This document shows positions 41,783 through 50,903 of a DNA stretch of 64,000 nt, one piece after another. The DNA lies in assembly GCA_947469885.1 (NCBI GenBank), contig CANIQT010000004.1, positions 111,794 through 175,793 on the forward strand, given 5' to 3'. The notes beneath the pieces were generated by a model, which was not told the DNA's origin, made no database searches, and was given only the letters and a program-made list of their open reading frames with translations. The translations under genes were made by a program, and so were the position numbers. The DNA comes from Bacteroidota bacterium (lineage in GTDB: Bacteria > Bacteroidota > Bacteroidia > 2-12-FULL-35-15). The first letter of the stretch is position 1, and each line of letters starts with the position of its first letter.

Positions 41783-43030
41783 ATGACAACAGCCAAAACA
41801 ATAGTATCCAAACCTTTCGATATTAAAAAAATACGAGAGGATTTCCCGATTCTTTCGAGAAAAGTAAACGGAAAACCACTTATTTATTTCGATAACGCTG
41901 CTACTGGTCAAAAACCACAAGTAGTTATTGACGCAATAGACTATTATTATAAGTATCAAAATTCGAATGTTCACCGAGGGGTGCATACCATGAGTCAGGA
42001 AGTGACGGTGGTTTACGAAAACGCAAGGGCAACTATTCAAAAACATTTGAATGCTACACATGCCCACGAAATTATTTTTACTAAAGGAGCAACTGATGCT
42101 ATTAATCTGGTTGCACATTCATTTGGCAAAAAATTTATTTCAAAAGGTGATGAAATAATTATTTCCACAATGGAACATCATTCCAATATTTTGCCATGGC
42201 AACAATTATGTGAAGAAAAAGGAGCAATATTAATAGTGGTCCCGATTAATGATGCCGGAGAATTATTGATGGATGAATACAAAAAATTATTGAGTGATAA
42301 AACAAAAATAGTAGCTGTAACCCATATTTCGAATGTGTTAGGAACCATTAATCCAATCAAAGAAATTATTGATATTGCTCATGCTAAAAATATTCCGGTA
42401 CTGATAGATGGTGCACAGGCAGTAGCACACACCATGGCGGATGTTCAAAAATTGGATTGTGATTTTTATATTTTCAGCGGACATAAATTATTTGGTCCTA
42501 CAGGAGTGGGTGTTTTGTATGGGAAAGAAAAATGGTTAAACCAAATGCCACCTTACCAAGTAGGAGGAGGTACAATAAAAACAGTTACGTTTGAAAAAAC
42601 AGAGTATGCTGATTTGCCATTAAAATTTGAAGCCGGAACACCACATATAGAAGGAGGAATAGGATTAGCGGTCGCGATTGATTATGTAAACGAAATAGGT
42701 TTGGAAAACATTGCGGCTTATGAAAATGAACTGCTGGTGCACGCTACAGAAGCATTAACAAAAATAGAAGGAGTAAAAATTATTGGCACTTCAAAACATA
42801 AAGCAGCAGTTGTTTCTTTTCTGGTAGAGGGTATTCATAATTACGACCTCGGTGTTTTGCTCGATACACAAGGCATCGCAGTGCGTACTGGTCATCACTG
42901 CACTCAACCATTAATGCAACATTATAATCTCCAAGGTGTAATTCGTGCATCGTTTGCGTTTTATAATACAAAGGAAGAAATTGATATTTTTGTGGAAGGA
43001 TTAAAACGAGCTATAAAAATGTTAAAGTAA
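41783..43030 (+). CDS. sufS: Cysteine desulfurase
   Basis: YFDNAAT, EHHSN, DGAQ, SGHKLFGPTG, RTGHHC. Start placed at ATG 41783 after a TAATTTCG promoter element at 41764. Confidence 0.95.
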   Translation: MTTAKTIVSKPFDIKKIREDFPILSRKVNGKPLIYFDNAATGQKPQVVIDAIDYYYKYQNSNVHRGVHTMSQEVTVVYENARATIQKHLNATHAHEIIFTKGATDAINLVAHSFGKKFISKGDEIIISTMEHHSNILPWQQLCEEKGAILIVVPINDAGELLMDEYKKLLSDKTKIVAVTHISNVLGTINPIKEIIDIAHAKNIPVLIDGAQAVAHTMADVQKLDCDFYIFSGHKLFGPTGVGVLYGKEKWLNQMPPYQVGGGTIKTVTFEKTEYADLPLKFEAGTPHIEGGIGLAVAIDYVNEIGLENIAAYENELLVHATEALTKIEGVKIIGTSKHKAAVVSFLVEGIHNYDLGVLLDTQGIAVRTGHHCTQPLMQHYNLQGVIRASFAFYNTKEEIDIFVEGLKRAIKMLK

Positions 43031-43035
43031 GTAAT

Positions 43036-43068
43036 ACCCCTGTCAGGGTTCCAAACACTTACAGGGGT
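43036..43068. repeat. REP-like hairpin
   Basis: ACCCCTGTCAGGGTT-cc-AAACACTTACAGGGGT. Confidence 0.55.
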
Positions 43069-43097
43069 AAGCACGAACTATTAGCTTTGAACTAAAA

Positions 43098-43517
43098 ATG
43101 AATATAGAACAAACAGAACAGGAAATAATAGAAGAGTTCGAAATTTTTAATGATTGGATGGGCAAGTACGAATACCTGATTGATATGGGAAAATCGCTAC
43201 CGATGATTGATGAGAAATATAAAACGGATGATAAAATAATTAAAGGTTGCCAAAGCAGAGTGTGGATGCATTCGGAATTGAAAGATGGAAAAATAATTTA
43301 TACTGCCGATAGCGATGCAATAATAACCAAAGGTATGGTAGCCTTGATGATTAGAGTATTATCAAATCATGCACCTGACGAAATAATAAATGCAAAATTA
43401 GATTTTGTAGAAAAAATAGGATTAACACAACATTTGTCTCCCACCCGCAGCAATGGTTTGGTGAGCATGATAAAACAAATGAAATTAGATGCGCTTGTTT
43501 ATAGGTCACAACACTAA
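43098..43517 (+). CDS. sufE: SufE sulfur acceptor
   Basis: KYEYLI, IKGCQSRVW, DSDAIITKG, LSPTRSNGL. Confidence 0.95.
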   Translation: MNIEQTEQEIIEEFEIFNDWMGKYEYLIDMGKSLPMIDEKYKTDDKIIKGCQSRVWMHSELKDGKIIYTADSDAIITKGMVALMIRVLSNHAPDEIINAKLDFVEKIGLTQHLSPTRSNGLVSMIKQMKLDALVYRSQH

Positions 43518-43551
43518 TGACAAATGAACTAAAAAAGCAATGAACTAGAAA

Positions 43552-43881
43552 ATGCCAGCAATAATAAATACCCATAATACCGAGCTTACACAACGTGTTA
43601 TTGATACAATTAAAACGTGCTACGACCCGGAGATTCCAGTTGATGTTTGGGAATTAGGATTGATTTATGAAATCAATTTGGACGAAGGAAATAACCTCAA
43701 CGTGAAAATGACATTGACTTCTCCTTCTTGTCCAGTAGCGGAAACACTGCCTCCTGAAATAGAACAAAAACTAAGAGATGTGGAAGGAATTCGTTCAGCA
43801 AAAATTGATTTGACGTTTGAACCACCTTGGGAAAAAGAAATGATGAGTGAAGTTGCACAGTTAGAATTAGGGTTTATGTAG
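43552..43881 (+). CDS. DUF59 / SufT-like Fe-S assembly protein
   Basis: DPEIPVDVWELGLIY, MTLTSPSCP, FEPPW. Confidence 0.92.
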   Translation: MPAIINTHNTELTQRVIDTIKTCYDPEIPVDVWELGLIYEINLDEGNNLNVKMTLTSPSCPVAETLPPEIEQKLRDVEGIRSAKIDLTFEPPWEKEMMSEVAQLELGFM

Positions 43882-43896
43882 TTTGTTTGAATCAAG

Positions 43897-44430
43897 ATGA
43901 AAGATTCAAGAATCAAGATTGTAGTTGCTTTATTGTTAAGTTTTTCTTCGTTTTTAATTTCACAAAACAAAACGCTACCAGTTTCACAACCAATTACTGT
44001 TTATATTTTTTTATCTGAAACCTGCCTCATCTGCCAGAGTTACACGCTTACATTAAAACAACTTTACAACGAACACAAGAAAGATAACATTCGATTTGTC
44101 GGAGTTTTTCCGAATTATTACGCTACACAAAAGGGTGTTGATGAATTCAAAAGCACCTATTCCATTCCGTTTGATTTGATGTTAGATAAAAACAGGGAAC
44201 TTACCAAACACTTCAACGCAAGCATTACACCCGAAGTATTTGTTGAAAACGAAAACAAACAAATTTTATACAGCGGACGAATTGATGATTCGTTTTATGC
44301 AATTGGCAAACGAAGAACGGTAATAACTACAAACGATTTGGCGTATGCGTCATCTGCCATTGCATCTCACCAAAAAATAAAAGCACACACAACACAGGCG
44401 GTGGGCTGTGTAATAACATCCTTAAAATAA
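43897..44430 (+). CDS. Exported thioredoxin-fold (redoxin) protein
   Basis: Signal peptide, CLIC, TPEVF, YSGRIDD, GC. Confidence 0.85.
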   Translation: MKDSRIKIVVALLLSFSSFLISQNKTLPVSQPITVYIFLSETCLICQSYTLTLKQLYNEHKKDNIRFVGVFPNYYATQKGVDEFKSTYSIPFDLMLDKNRELTKHFNASITPEVFVENENKQILYSGRIDDSFYAIGKRRTVITTNDLAYASSAIASHQKIKAHTTQAVGCVITSLK

Positions 44431-44462
44431 TAATGCGAATCAACGGTTGGATTAGGTGCATA

Positions 44463-44604
44463 TTAATTGCCACGACCTTTAGGTCGTGGATAGATAAAAC
44501 AATGAAATTGGGCTTTAGCCAAACTTGTTTATTGTGGCTAAAGCCCAAAGATTATAACATTCAACCACGACATTCAACCACGACCTAAAGGTCGTGGCAA
44601 TTAA
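44463..44604. mobile_element. 142-bp nested-palindrome MITE/REP-like element
   Basis: Perfect 27-bp terminal inverted repeat TTAATTGCCACGACCTTTAGGTCGTGG; inner inverted repeat TTGGGCTTTAGCCA/TGGCTAAAGCCCAA. Confidence 0.75.
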
Positions 44605-44652
44605 ATCAACCATTGATACGCATTAATACACTACTTTTATACAAATAAAAAA

Positions 44653-45234
44653 ATGAGAACAATTAAAATATCTAGTGGTGTCGTATTTCTTTTCGCAATA
44701 ACTATTGTTATTACTTCCTTCGTTAAAGGAGATGATGATAAAAAGAAAAAAGAAAAAGAAGACCCATCCACCATTTATTCGATGGGAGAAGTAAAAGCAT
44801 TTTCGCCCGACAGTATTCCCTATGGCACTTATGTGGCTCTCACCAAAGAAACCATGAATAGGAAAGAAAATTTGATTACAATGAAGTCCGTCACTATTGA
44901 TCAAAAAGGAGAAACAAAGGAATATAATTACGTGATGGATATTAACGACCCTAAATTTGTTATTCGTGATGTAGATGGAAATTATAGTGGAGTAGGCAAG
45001 CTACATGGCAAAGCATGGGAATGGACCAGCTGGAGTTACGATATTTATTTTACCAACCCTGTTGGGAGAATGGAAGCCTACAATTATGTGTCCTTGGTTG
45101 GATTAGTGGTGAACAAAGGCTTTTACGGACCTGATGGTAAGCTGGTAGTGAAATACAAAGAGCGACATAAGTTTATTACAAAAGAACAATTCGAAATTTT
45201 ATATTTGCAGGTGCTCAAGTGTTCCACTAAATAA
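44653..45234 (+). CDS. Hypothetical exported protein
   Basis: N-terminal hydrophobic segment, beta-rich, 193 aa; directly upstream of the next gene. Confidence 0.7.
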   Translation: MRTIKISSGVVFLFAITIVITSFVKGDDDKKKKEKEDPSTIYSMGEVKAFSPDSIPYGTYVALTKETMNRKENLITMKSVTIDQKGETKEYNYVMDINDPKFVIRDVDGNYSGVGKLHGKAWEWTSWSYDIYFTNPVGRMEAYNYVSLVGLVVNKGFYGPDGKLVVKYKERHKFITKEQFEILYLQVLKCSTK

Positions 45235-45236
45235 GA

Positions 45237-46766
45237 ATGAGAAAGGTTACCGCTGTTTTATTTTTTTACTTCGCTTTCATTTCTGCCAAAGCACAAGTTA
45301 CTTTTTCCGAAAACATTGCCCCCATTATTTATAATAAATGCAGCGGATGCCACCATTCTGGAGGAATAGCACCGTTGCCATTTACAAATTACACAGAAAT
45401 AAAACGTTCGGCAGCTATGATAACACTTGCTGCACTTGACCCTAAGATGCGGTTTATGCCGCCTTGGATGCCTGATACCACTTACAGTCATTTTGTGGAT
45501 GAGCGCACATTGACTGCTAACGAAGCCGAACAAATAAAAAAATGGATTGCCGATGGAATGCTCGAAGGCAACAAAGCTGCCGAGCCTGAATTACCATTAT
45601 TTACAAAAGGTTCCCAATTAGGCAAACCCGATTTGACTCTTGGTATGAAAGAATCATTTTTGCACAAAGGAAATAATAAAGACGAATACCAGGTGTTTGT
45701 ATTGCCAACCAATTTAACCGAAGGGCACAATGTATCAGCAATTGAAATTGTTCCCGGCAATCCTAAAATAGCCCATCACATTATTCTAGGTTTGGATACT
45801 ACTCAAATGGCAGAAAAATTGGATGAAAAAACTAATGAGTATGGCTATGAACAATACGGTGGCTTTGGGTTTTATCCTACTTATGATAATTGGTCGGGTT
45901 GGGTGCCGGGCAATAAAACACGCTATTTCCCAACAGGAATAGGCAATTACGTGTTGCCTCATTCAAAAGTGTTGTTGCAAATGCACTACGGACCTTCACC
46001 AATAGATGCAAAGGATTCAACAGTTGTCAATATTTTTTACAGCCACGAACCGGTTACTCGTTTTCTTAAAGGCTGGGTGCTGAGTCCGAACGATATTAAA
46101 GACGGACCTTTTTTTATTGAAGCAAATACCAAACGAACTTTTCATGCACAGTTTAAAGTAACCAGCGATTATAGTTTGATAAGCGTTACTCCTCATGCAC
46201 ATTGGTTAGGCAAAAAATGGGAAGTGTATGCGGTGCATCCCAATGGCGATACCACACATTTGATAAGAATAAACGATTGGGATTTTAACTGGCAAAACTT
46301 TTTTAGTTTCAAAAAATTTATCAAACTCGAAAAAGGAACTATTATTTATTGCAATGCCACTTATGATAATACCGAACGGAATTTCCGCAATCCAAACAAA
46401 CCGCTTAAAAATGTGATGTGGGGCGAAAGTGCAAAAGACGAAATGTTTCTTTTCTACTTTGCTTATGTGCCCTATCAGCAGGGCGATGAAAACATTGAGA
46501 TAGGAGGGAGTGTTAATTTTTTGAATGTAATGAACGACAAAACATCAAACAAAACACGAATAGAATATAGCATTGCTGACAATTCGTTGGTAACTATTAA
46601 ACTGTGTGATGATAAAGGAAAAGTGGTGAAGCAGGTAATAAATAACGAACAAACCAGTTCGGGCAAACACCAAACTGAAGCGGATTCGAAAGGATTAAAA
46701 GGAATATACTGGTGTAAAATTTCAACCGCTTCTTTTACGGATAGCAAAAAAATAATTATTGAGTAG
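45237..46766 (+). CDS. Secreted PHM-like copper type II monooxygenase with CxxCH motif and T9SS-type C-terminal domain
   Basis: CSGCH, MPPW, AHH, QMHY, PHAH, DWDFNWQ, DEM; C-terminal GIYWCKI...KKIIIE. Confidence 0.8.
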   Translation: MRKVTAVLFFYFAFISAKAQVTFSENIAPIIYNKCSGCHHSGGIAPLPFTNYTEIKRSAAMITLAALDPKMRFMPPWMPDTTYSHFVDERTLTANEAEQIKKWIADGMLEGNKAAEPELPLFTKGSQLGKPDLTLGMKESFLHKGNNKDEYQVFVLPTNLTEGHNVSAIEIVPGNPKIAHHIILGLDTTQMAEKLDEKTNEYGYEQYGGFGFYPTYDNWSGWVPGNKTRYFPTGIGNYVLPHSKVLLQMHYGPSPIDAKDSTVVNIFYSHEPVTRFLKGWVLSPNDIKDGPFFIEANTKRTFHAQFKVTSDYSLISVTPHAHWLGKKWEVYAVHPNGDTTHLIRINDWDFNWQNFFSFKKFIKLEKGTIIYCNATYDNTERNFRNPNKPLKNVMWGESAKDEMFLFYFAYVPYQQGDENIEIGGSVNFLNVMNDKTSNKTRIEYSIADNSLVTIKLCDDKGKVVKQVINNEQTSSGKHQTEADSKGLKGIYWCKISTASFTDSKKIIIE

Positions 46767-46778
46767 TATCTTTGCAAC

Positions 46779-47288
46779 ATGGAAAATGAAATAGTAAATA
46801 AAGTATCCGAAAGTGGGTTAATAACCATTGACCTCGAAGAATATTATCCTTTGGGCGAAAGAGTGGTGTTTGATATTAAAGACCATCTTTTCCAGGGATT
46901 GATTTTAAGAGAAAAAGATTTTCGGGAATATATAAAGAACGAAGATTGGAATAAATACAAAAACAAATATGTTGCACTCATTTGTTCTGCCGATGCCATT
47001 GTGCCTACCTGGGCTTATATGTTGTTGGCGACACAGCTGGAACCAATTGCTAAAAAGGTAGTGTTTGGCGATTTGGAAACGTTGGAAACAATACTTTATA
47101 ACGAAATTCTGTCTAAAATTAATCCTGCCGACTATCAAGATGCTCGAATTGTCATAAAAGGATGTGGAGATTTGCCTGTTCCCAAAGCAGCTTATGTTCA
47201 AATTACTTCTCTTTTGCGCCCCGTTGCCAAAAGCATTATGTATGGCGAGCCTTGTTCAACGGTGCCTTTGTACAAAAAAAGTAAGTAA
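46779..47288 (+). CDS. DUF2480 family protein
   Basis: EIVNKVSESGLITIDLE, CSADAIVPTWAY, IKGC, SIMYGEPCSTVP. Confidence 0.88.
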   Translation: MENEIVNKVSESGLITIDLEEYYPLGERVVFDIKDHLFQGLILREKDFREYIKNEDWNKYKNKYVALICSADAIVPTWAYMLLATQLEPIAKKVVFGDLETLETILYNEILSKINPADYQDARIVIKGCGDLPVPKAAYVQITSLLRPVAKSIMYGEPCSTVPLYKKSK

Positions 47289-47298
47289 TTACAATTTT

Positions 47299-47501
47299 GG
47301 TTCTACAAGGTTTCCTGTGCAACAGAAAAAAATCGAAACACATAGATACATAGAAAAAGGAGGACTGATAGTTCTTCTTCAAAGAATACACATAGTTCTC
47401 TATGTGAAAAGCGAAGCTTCTATGAATCCTTACTTTGAGAAAAACATAAACTATGTTCCTATGTGTTTAAATTTTTTACCCACAAGCAACCTTGTAGAAC
47501 C
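47299..47501. mobile_element. 203-bp MITE-like element
   Basis: 14-bp terminal inverted repeat GGTTCTACAAGGTT/AACCTTGTAGAACC; inner AAACACATAG/CTATGTGTTT. Confidence 0.6.
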
Positions 47502-47613
47502 CTAATATTAAAATCTTATCTGTAATTTCAAAAACAAAAAAAACAGGTCCGGGGCTTCCACTCCCCAAACCTGTTTTACCAACTTCACAACTCACCCGAA
47601 AAAAACAACACAC

Positions 47614-48567
47614 TTACAAAAACTCAACAGTAAACTCTCCTTTGTTAACACCATCAGGATTATACACGATTAAAAAATGTTGAGTGGTTACATTTCCCAA
47701 ATCGCTTGCCGATACAGTACCATGGCGACCAGCTGCAAGAGAAAAAAATGTTGCACCAATAGCACCGTTTTTGGTATCCGACAAATAAAAACGTAACTCA
47801 GTTACTCCATCGTTTTCAATTAATAACTGAGCCGTTGCTTCAACGGTGCGCTCCACAATGGTGTACATCATCAACTTTTTTACATGACCCTGAAACAGCA
47901 TTTGCATAATGTTGCGAATAGTAGTTAAATCGAAAAACTGCCCAATCAAAATTTTATTGGTGATGAAATGTTGCATCAATGCCCCTAAATCGTTGTATTT
48001 TGCTTCGCACATCGCCACACGGGCAGTTTCCAACTCATTACTTTTTACTCCTGTTGCTTTTATACTTGCTTTTTGTTTATTCAAAGCAGTGGTTATTAGT
48101 GTAAAAAAATCATCAACAGCAGTTTTCACTGCTGTTAAAGCTGCATCAGCTCCAATAGCCAAACTCAACGACCCGATAGCTGCAATCCGTTCCTCCTGTG
48201 TACCCACCTGAAATGGTCGGTGCCCGTTCGGAAACAGCGCATTGTAGCGGTCGCTTCCTTTTGCATAAACCACCTGAATGGCGGCATCCCATGCGTTTAC
48301 CGTAGTTTTTCTCAATAAAGCCAACAGGTTGGTTAAAGCAATGGTGTCGCTTAACTGCTGTCCTTTTTGAGTTTTCCATGCGGTGTACTTACTTATGTAG
48401 TTCAAATGAACTACTTCGTACACATTAAACAAAGCCAATATAAACAAATCGGCAATGCTCGCTTTCAGGGCTGCATAGTGTATCCTGGATACACGAAGCC
48501 CTAATCTGAAACTGCCTTGTGTGGCAATTTCGATGATGTCGGTTAAAAAAATCCATAATCTTCTCAT
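47614..48567 (-). CDS. Hypothetical protein: long helical N-domain plus beta-sandwich C-domain, no signal peptide
   Basis: Amphipathic helices with YAKGSDRYNALFPNG; beta-rich end LLIENDGVTELRFY...FLIVYN; hairpin at 47540-47577 downstream. Confidence 0.8.
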   Translation of the reverse strand: MRRLWIFLTDIIEIATQGSFRLGLRVSRIHYAALKASIADLFILALFNVYEVVHLNYISKYTAWKTQKGQQLSDTIALTNLLALLRKTTVNAWDAAIQVVYAKGSDRYNALFPNGHRPFQVGTQEERIAAIGSLSLAIGADAALTAVKTAVDDFFTLITTALNKQKASIKATGVKSNELETARVAMCEAKYNDLGALMQHFITNKILIGQFFDLTTIRNIMQMLFQGHVKKLMMYTIVERTVEATAQLLIENDGVTELRFYLSDTKNGAIGATFFSLAAGRHGTVSASDLGNVTTQHFLIVYNPDGVNKGEFTVEFL

Positions 48568-48797
48568 GATTTCTATTTATTAAATTGTTATTATTTATTT
48601 ATCCGCTATACTTATAATTATATACTTACAACTCCATAGTGGCGGTTGAGGCTAAAGAGCGGTTTCTGGTTTTTAAATAAGTTGGCACCTGCTTATTACA
48701 GGCAAAATAAAGTTTTTTCATGTTTTTAAGTTTTAAGTTAATTCAAAGGAACACTTTCCTTGGTAAAATGTTAAATTTTCGATTTTTAGAAATCAGG

Positions 48798-49090
48798 AAT
48801 GCACCAAATCATTCTGTTTGGTGTTGTATCGGATTCAACAATGCGTCAAACCACTCTGTTTGGAGCATTCCTGACTTTAACAATGCGTCAAATCATTCTG
48901 TTTGGTGCATTCCCAATTTCCCAAAAGGCTCATTTTTTATTTTTGTCGGTTTTCCGAATTCAGGAATGCGTCAAATCACCCTGTCTGGAGCATTCCTGAC
49001 TTTAACAATGCGTCAAATCATTCTGTTTGGACCATTGCTGAACCCGATACAGAGCCAAATCAATTGATTTGGTGCATTCTGGAAATGGAA
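48798..49090. repeat. 42-bp-period array of about 30-bp palindromes, 7 units, with degenerate units to about 49230 (array C)
   Basis: AATGCGTCAAATCATTCTGTTTGGWGCATTCC-type units at 48798, 48840, 48882, (48924), 48965, 49007 and 49049. Confidence 0.9.
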
Positions 49091-49365
49091 AAAGTGAAAA
49101 ATGAGAATTGTTGATGTTTTTACTAACAAGAGGGAACAGAAAACCAACCGACATAGTTGTATTCCCTAAACGGGAAAACAATACATCAATTGATTTTGTT
49201 CATTCCCAAATTGGAAAAAACATCAAATTATTATAAAATGTCAAAGAACTAATGCGTAATGGTAAGCGTACTCGTTTGTGGAAGATTTACTTTTTTTTGC
49301 AGTAGTGTTTCAAATGGCAGATGGTTTTGAGTTTAGTAAATTTGTTTTTTGTTGGTAGTTGTTTG

Positions 49366-49401
49366 TTTTGTAAATTAGTTTTGATTCGTTTATTGGTAAC
49401 C
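49366..49401 (-). repeat. Solo 36-bp family X unit
   Basis: TTTTGTAAATTAGTTTTGATTCGTTTATTGGTAACC; another solo copy at 7043-7076. Confidence 0.75.
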
Positions 49402-49860
49402 CTTTTTTTGGTTGTACTCTGTTTTTTTATTTAGGTTTCGTTTTTTGGTAATTATTTTTTGTTTTTATAGTAATAACGCAAAAAGTTAAAAAAGATACAG
49501 GGTTTTTGAAAATATATTTTAGGCTGCAACAGAAAGTGTGCCAAAGTTATTTTTTGAGTAACCTTTGCTTTCTAATTTTAATTGTATTATCCTTACACTC
49601 TCAAATGCTAATAGCATGATTTATGTTTTGAAAATACTCTTTACTCTTTTCATTTTTGATGATTCTATTTCTATTGCCCCATCCCTAATTTTACTCTTCT
49701 TTTTCTCTTCTTTTATTTTTTTAATTCTTACCAAAAGTACTTTATTACTTGCATTTGCAAAGGTGAAACAAAAAAAGAAGACCAGCCTCCGTACTTTTTG
49801 CTAAGCGCAAAAACAGGAGGCAAAATTTAGCGTTACTTTTCTTTTTTAAAATAAATACCA

Positions 49861-50883
49861 ATGAAAAATCTTTTATTACTATTCTGTTTTGTTTTAAGTT
49901 GTGTTTTTGGAAAAGCACAAAACCTTGTTCCTAATGGGAGTTTTGAGGTGTATGATACTTGCCCAAATAACTTAAGCCAAATTTCGTATGCTTTTCCATG
50001 GACTTTTCCATTTGGAACTTCTGATTATTTTAATTCCTGTGCTGGGTCTGGTTCAATAATAAGTGTCCCAACAAATTGGTGTGGACATCAATATGCGAGA
50101 ACGGGTAATGGTTACGCAGGTTTTATTCTAAGAGATGGGGGTTACCTGGAATATCTTCAAGTTGAATTAACGGATACTTTAATAGCTGGCAGAAAATATT
50201 GTGTGAGTTTTTATTTAAGTTTAGCTGACTCATTTGCTTATACAATTAGTAGTGTTGGTCTTTATTTTTCAGATACTGCAATAATAGCCACCAATTATTA
50301 TCCCTTACCCTATACACCTCAAATTCAAAATCCGCCAGCAGCATTTATTAATGAAACCGGTTGGACAGAAGTATCGGGTAATTATATTGCACAGGGGGGC
50401 GAGAAGTTTATCACAATCGGGAATTTTAATCCTAACATATATCCTGATTCTTTACTTCTAAATACTGATACCGTGCCCCATTTCAATGGAGGACCCTGTT
50501 GCTGGTATGATTATGGAAATGGAGATACAATTTATCATTCACCATGGTCATCATATTTCTATCTTGATGATGTTTCCATCGTTCATTGCGATTTGACTGA
50601 GGAAGCGGATAATTTGAATGATGATGTTGTTGTTTCTATTTACCCTAATCCGGCAAAATTATTAGAAACAATCACAGTGCAAATTCCCTTTCAGGGAGAT
50701 ATTCCAAACATTAATATAACAGATTTAGCAGGGAGAGAAATAAACAGTAAGAGTACATTTTTAAAAACAAAAAAAGAATATATTTTTCAAATACAACTAG
50801 TAAAGGGTGCAGAAGGTATTTATTTTATTTCAATTTATTTTAATAATAAACAGTATATAAAAAAATTAATAATTATCAATTAA
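49861..50883 (+). CDS. T9SS type A sorting domain protein
   Basis: Signal peptide, QNLVPNGSFE..DTCP, EYLQVEL, ITIGNF, YLDDVSI; CTD IYPNPA...GIYFI...KKLII. Confidence 0.85.
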   Translation: MKNLLLLFCFVLSCVFGKAQNLVPNGSFEVYDTCPNNLSQISYAFPWTFPFGTSDYFNSCAGSGSIISVPTNWCGHQYARTGNGYAGFILRDGGYLEYLQVELTDTLIAGRKYCVSFYLSLADSFAYTISSVGLYFSDTAIIATNYYPLPYTPQIQNPPAAFINETGWTEVSGNYIAQGGEKFITIGNFNPNIYPDSLLLNTDTVPHFNGGPCCWYDYGNGDTIYHSPWSSYFYLDDVSIVHCDLTEEADNLNDDVVVSIYPNPAKLLETITVQIPFQGDIPNINITDLAGREINSKSTFLKTKKEYIFQIQLVKGAEGIYFISIYFNNKQYIKKLIIIN

Positions 50884-50903
50884 AAAACATAAAACAAAAA
50901 AAT

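Noticed and set aside
48798-49090. CRISPR or TIGR array
   Set aside because: Linkers are only about 12 bp and partly identical, repeats are degenerate, the period is 42 bp, and no cas or Nop-domain gene is recognisable in the window.
49565-49804. 79-aa hydrophobic ORF
   Set aside because: TTG start in T-rich low-complexity intergenic DNA with no recognisable motif.
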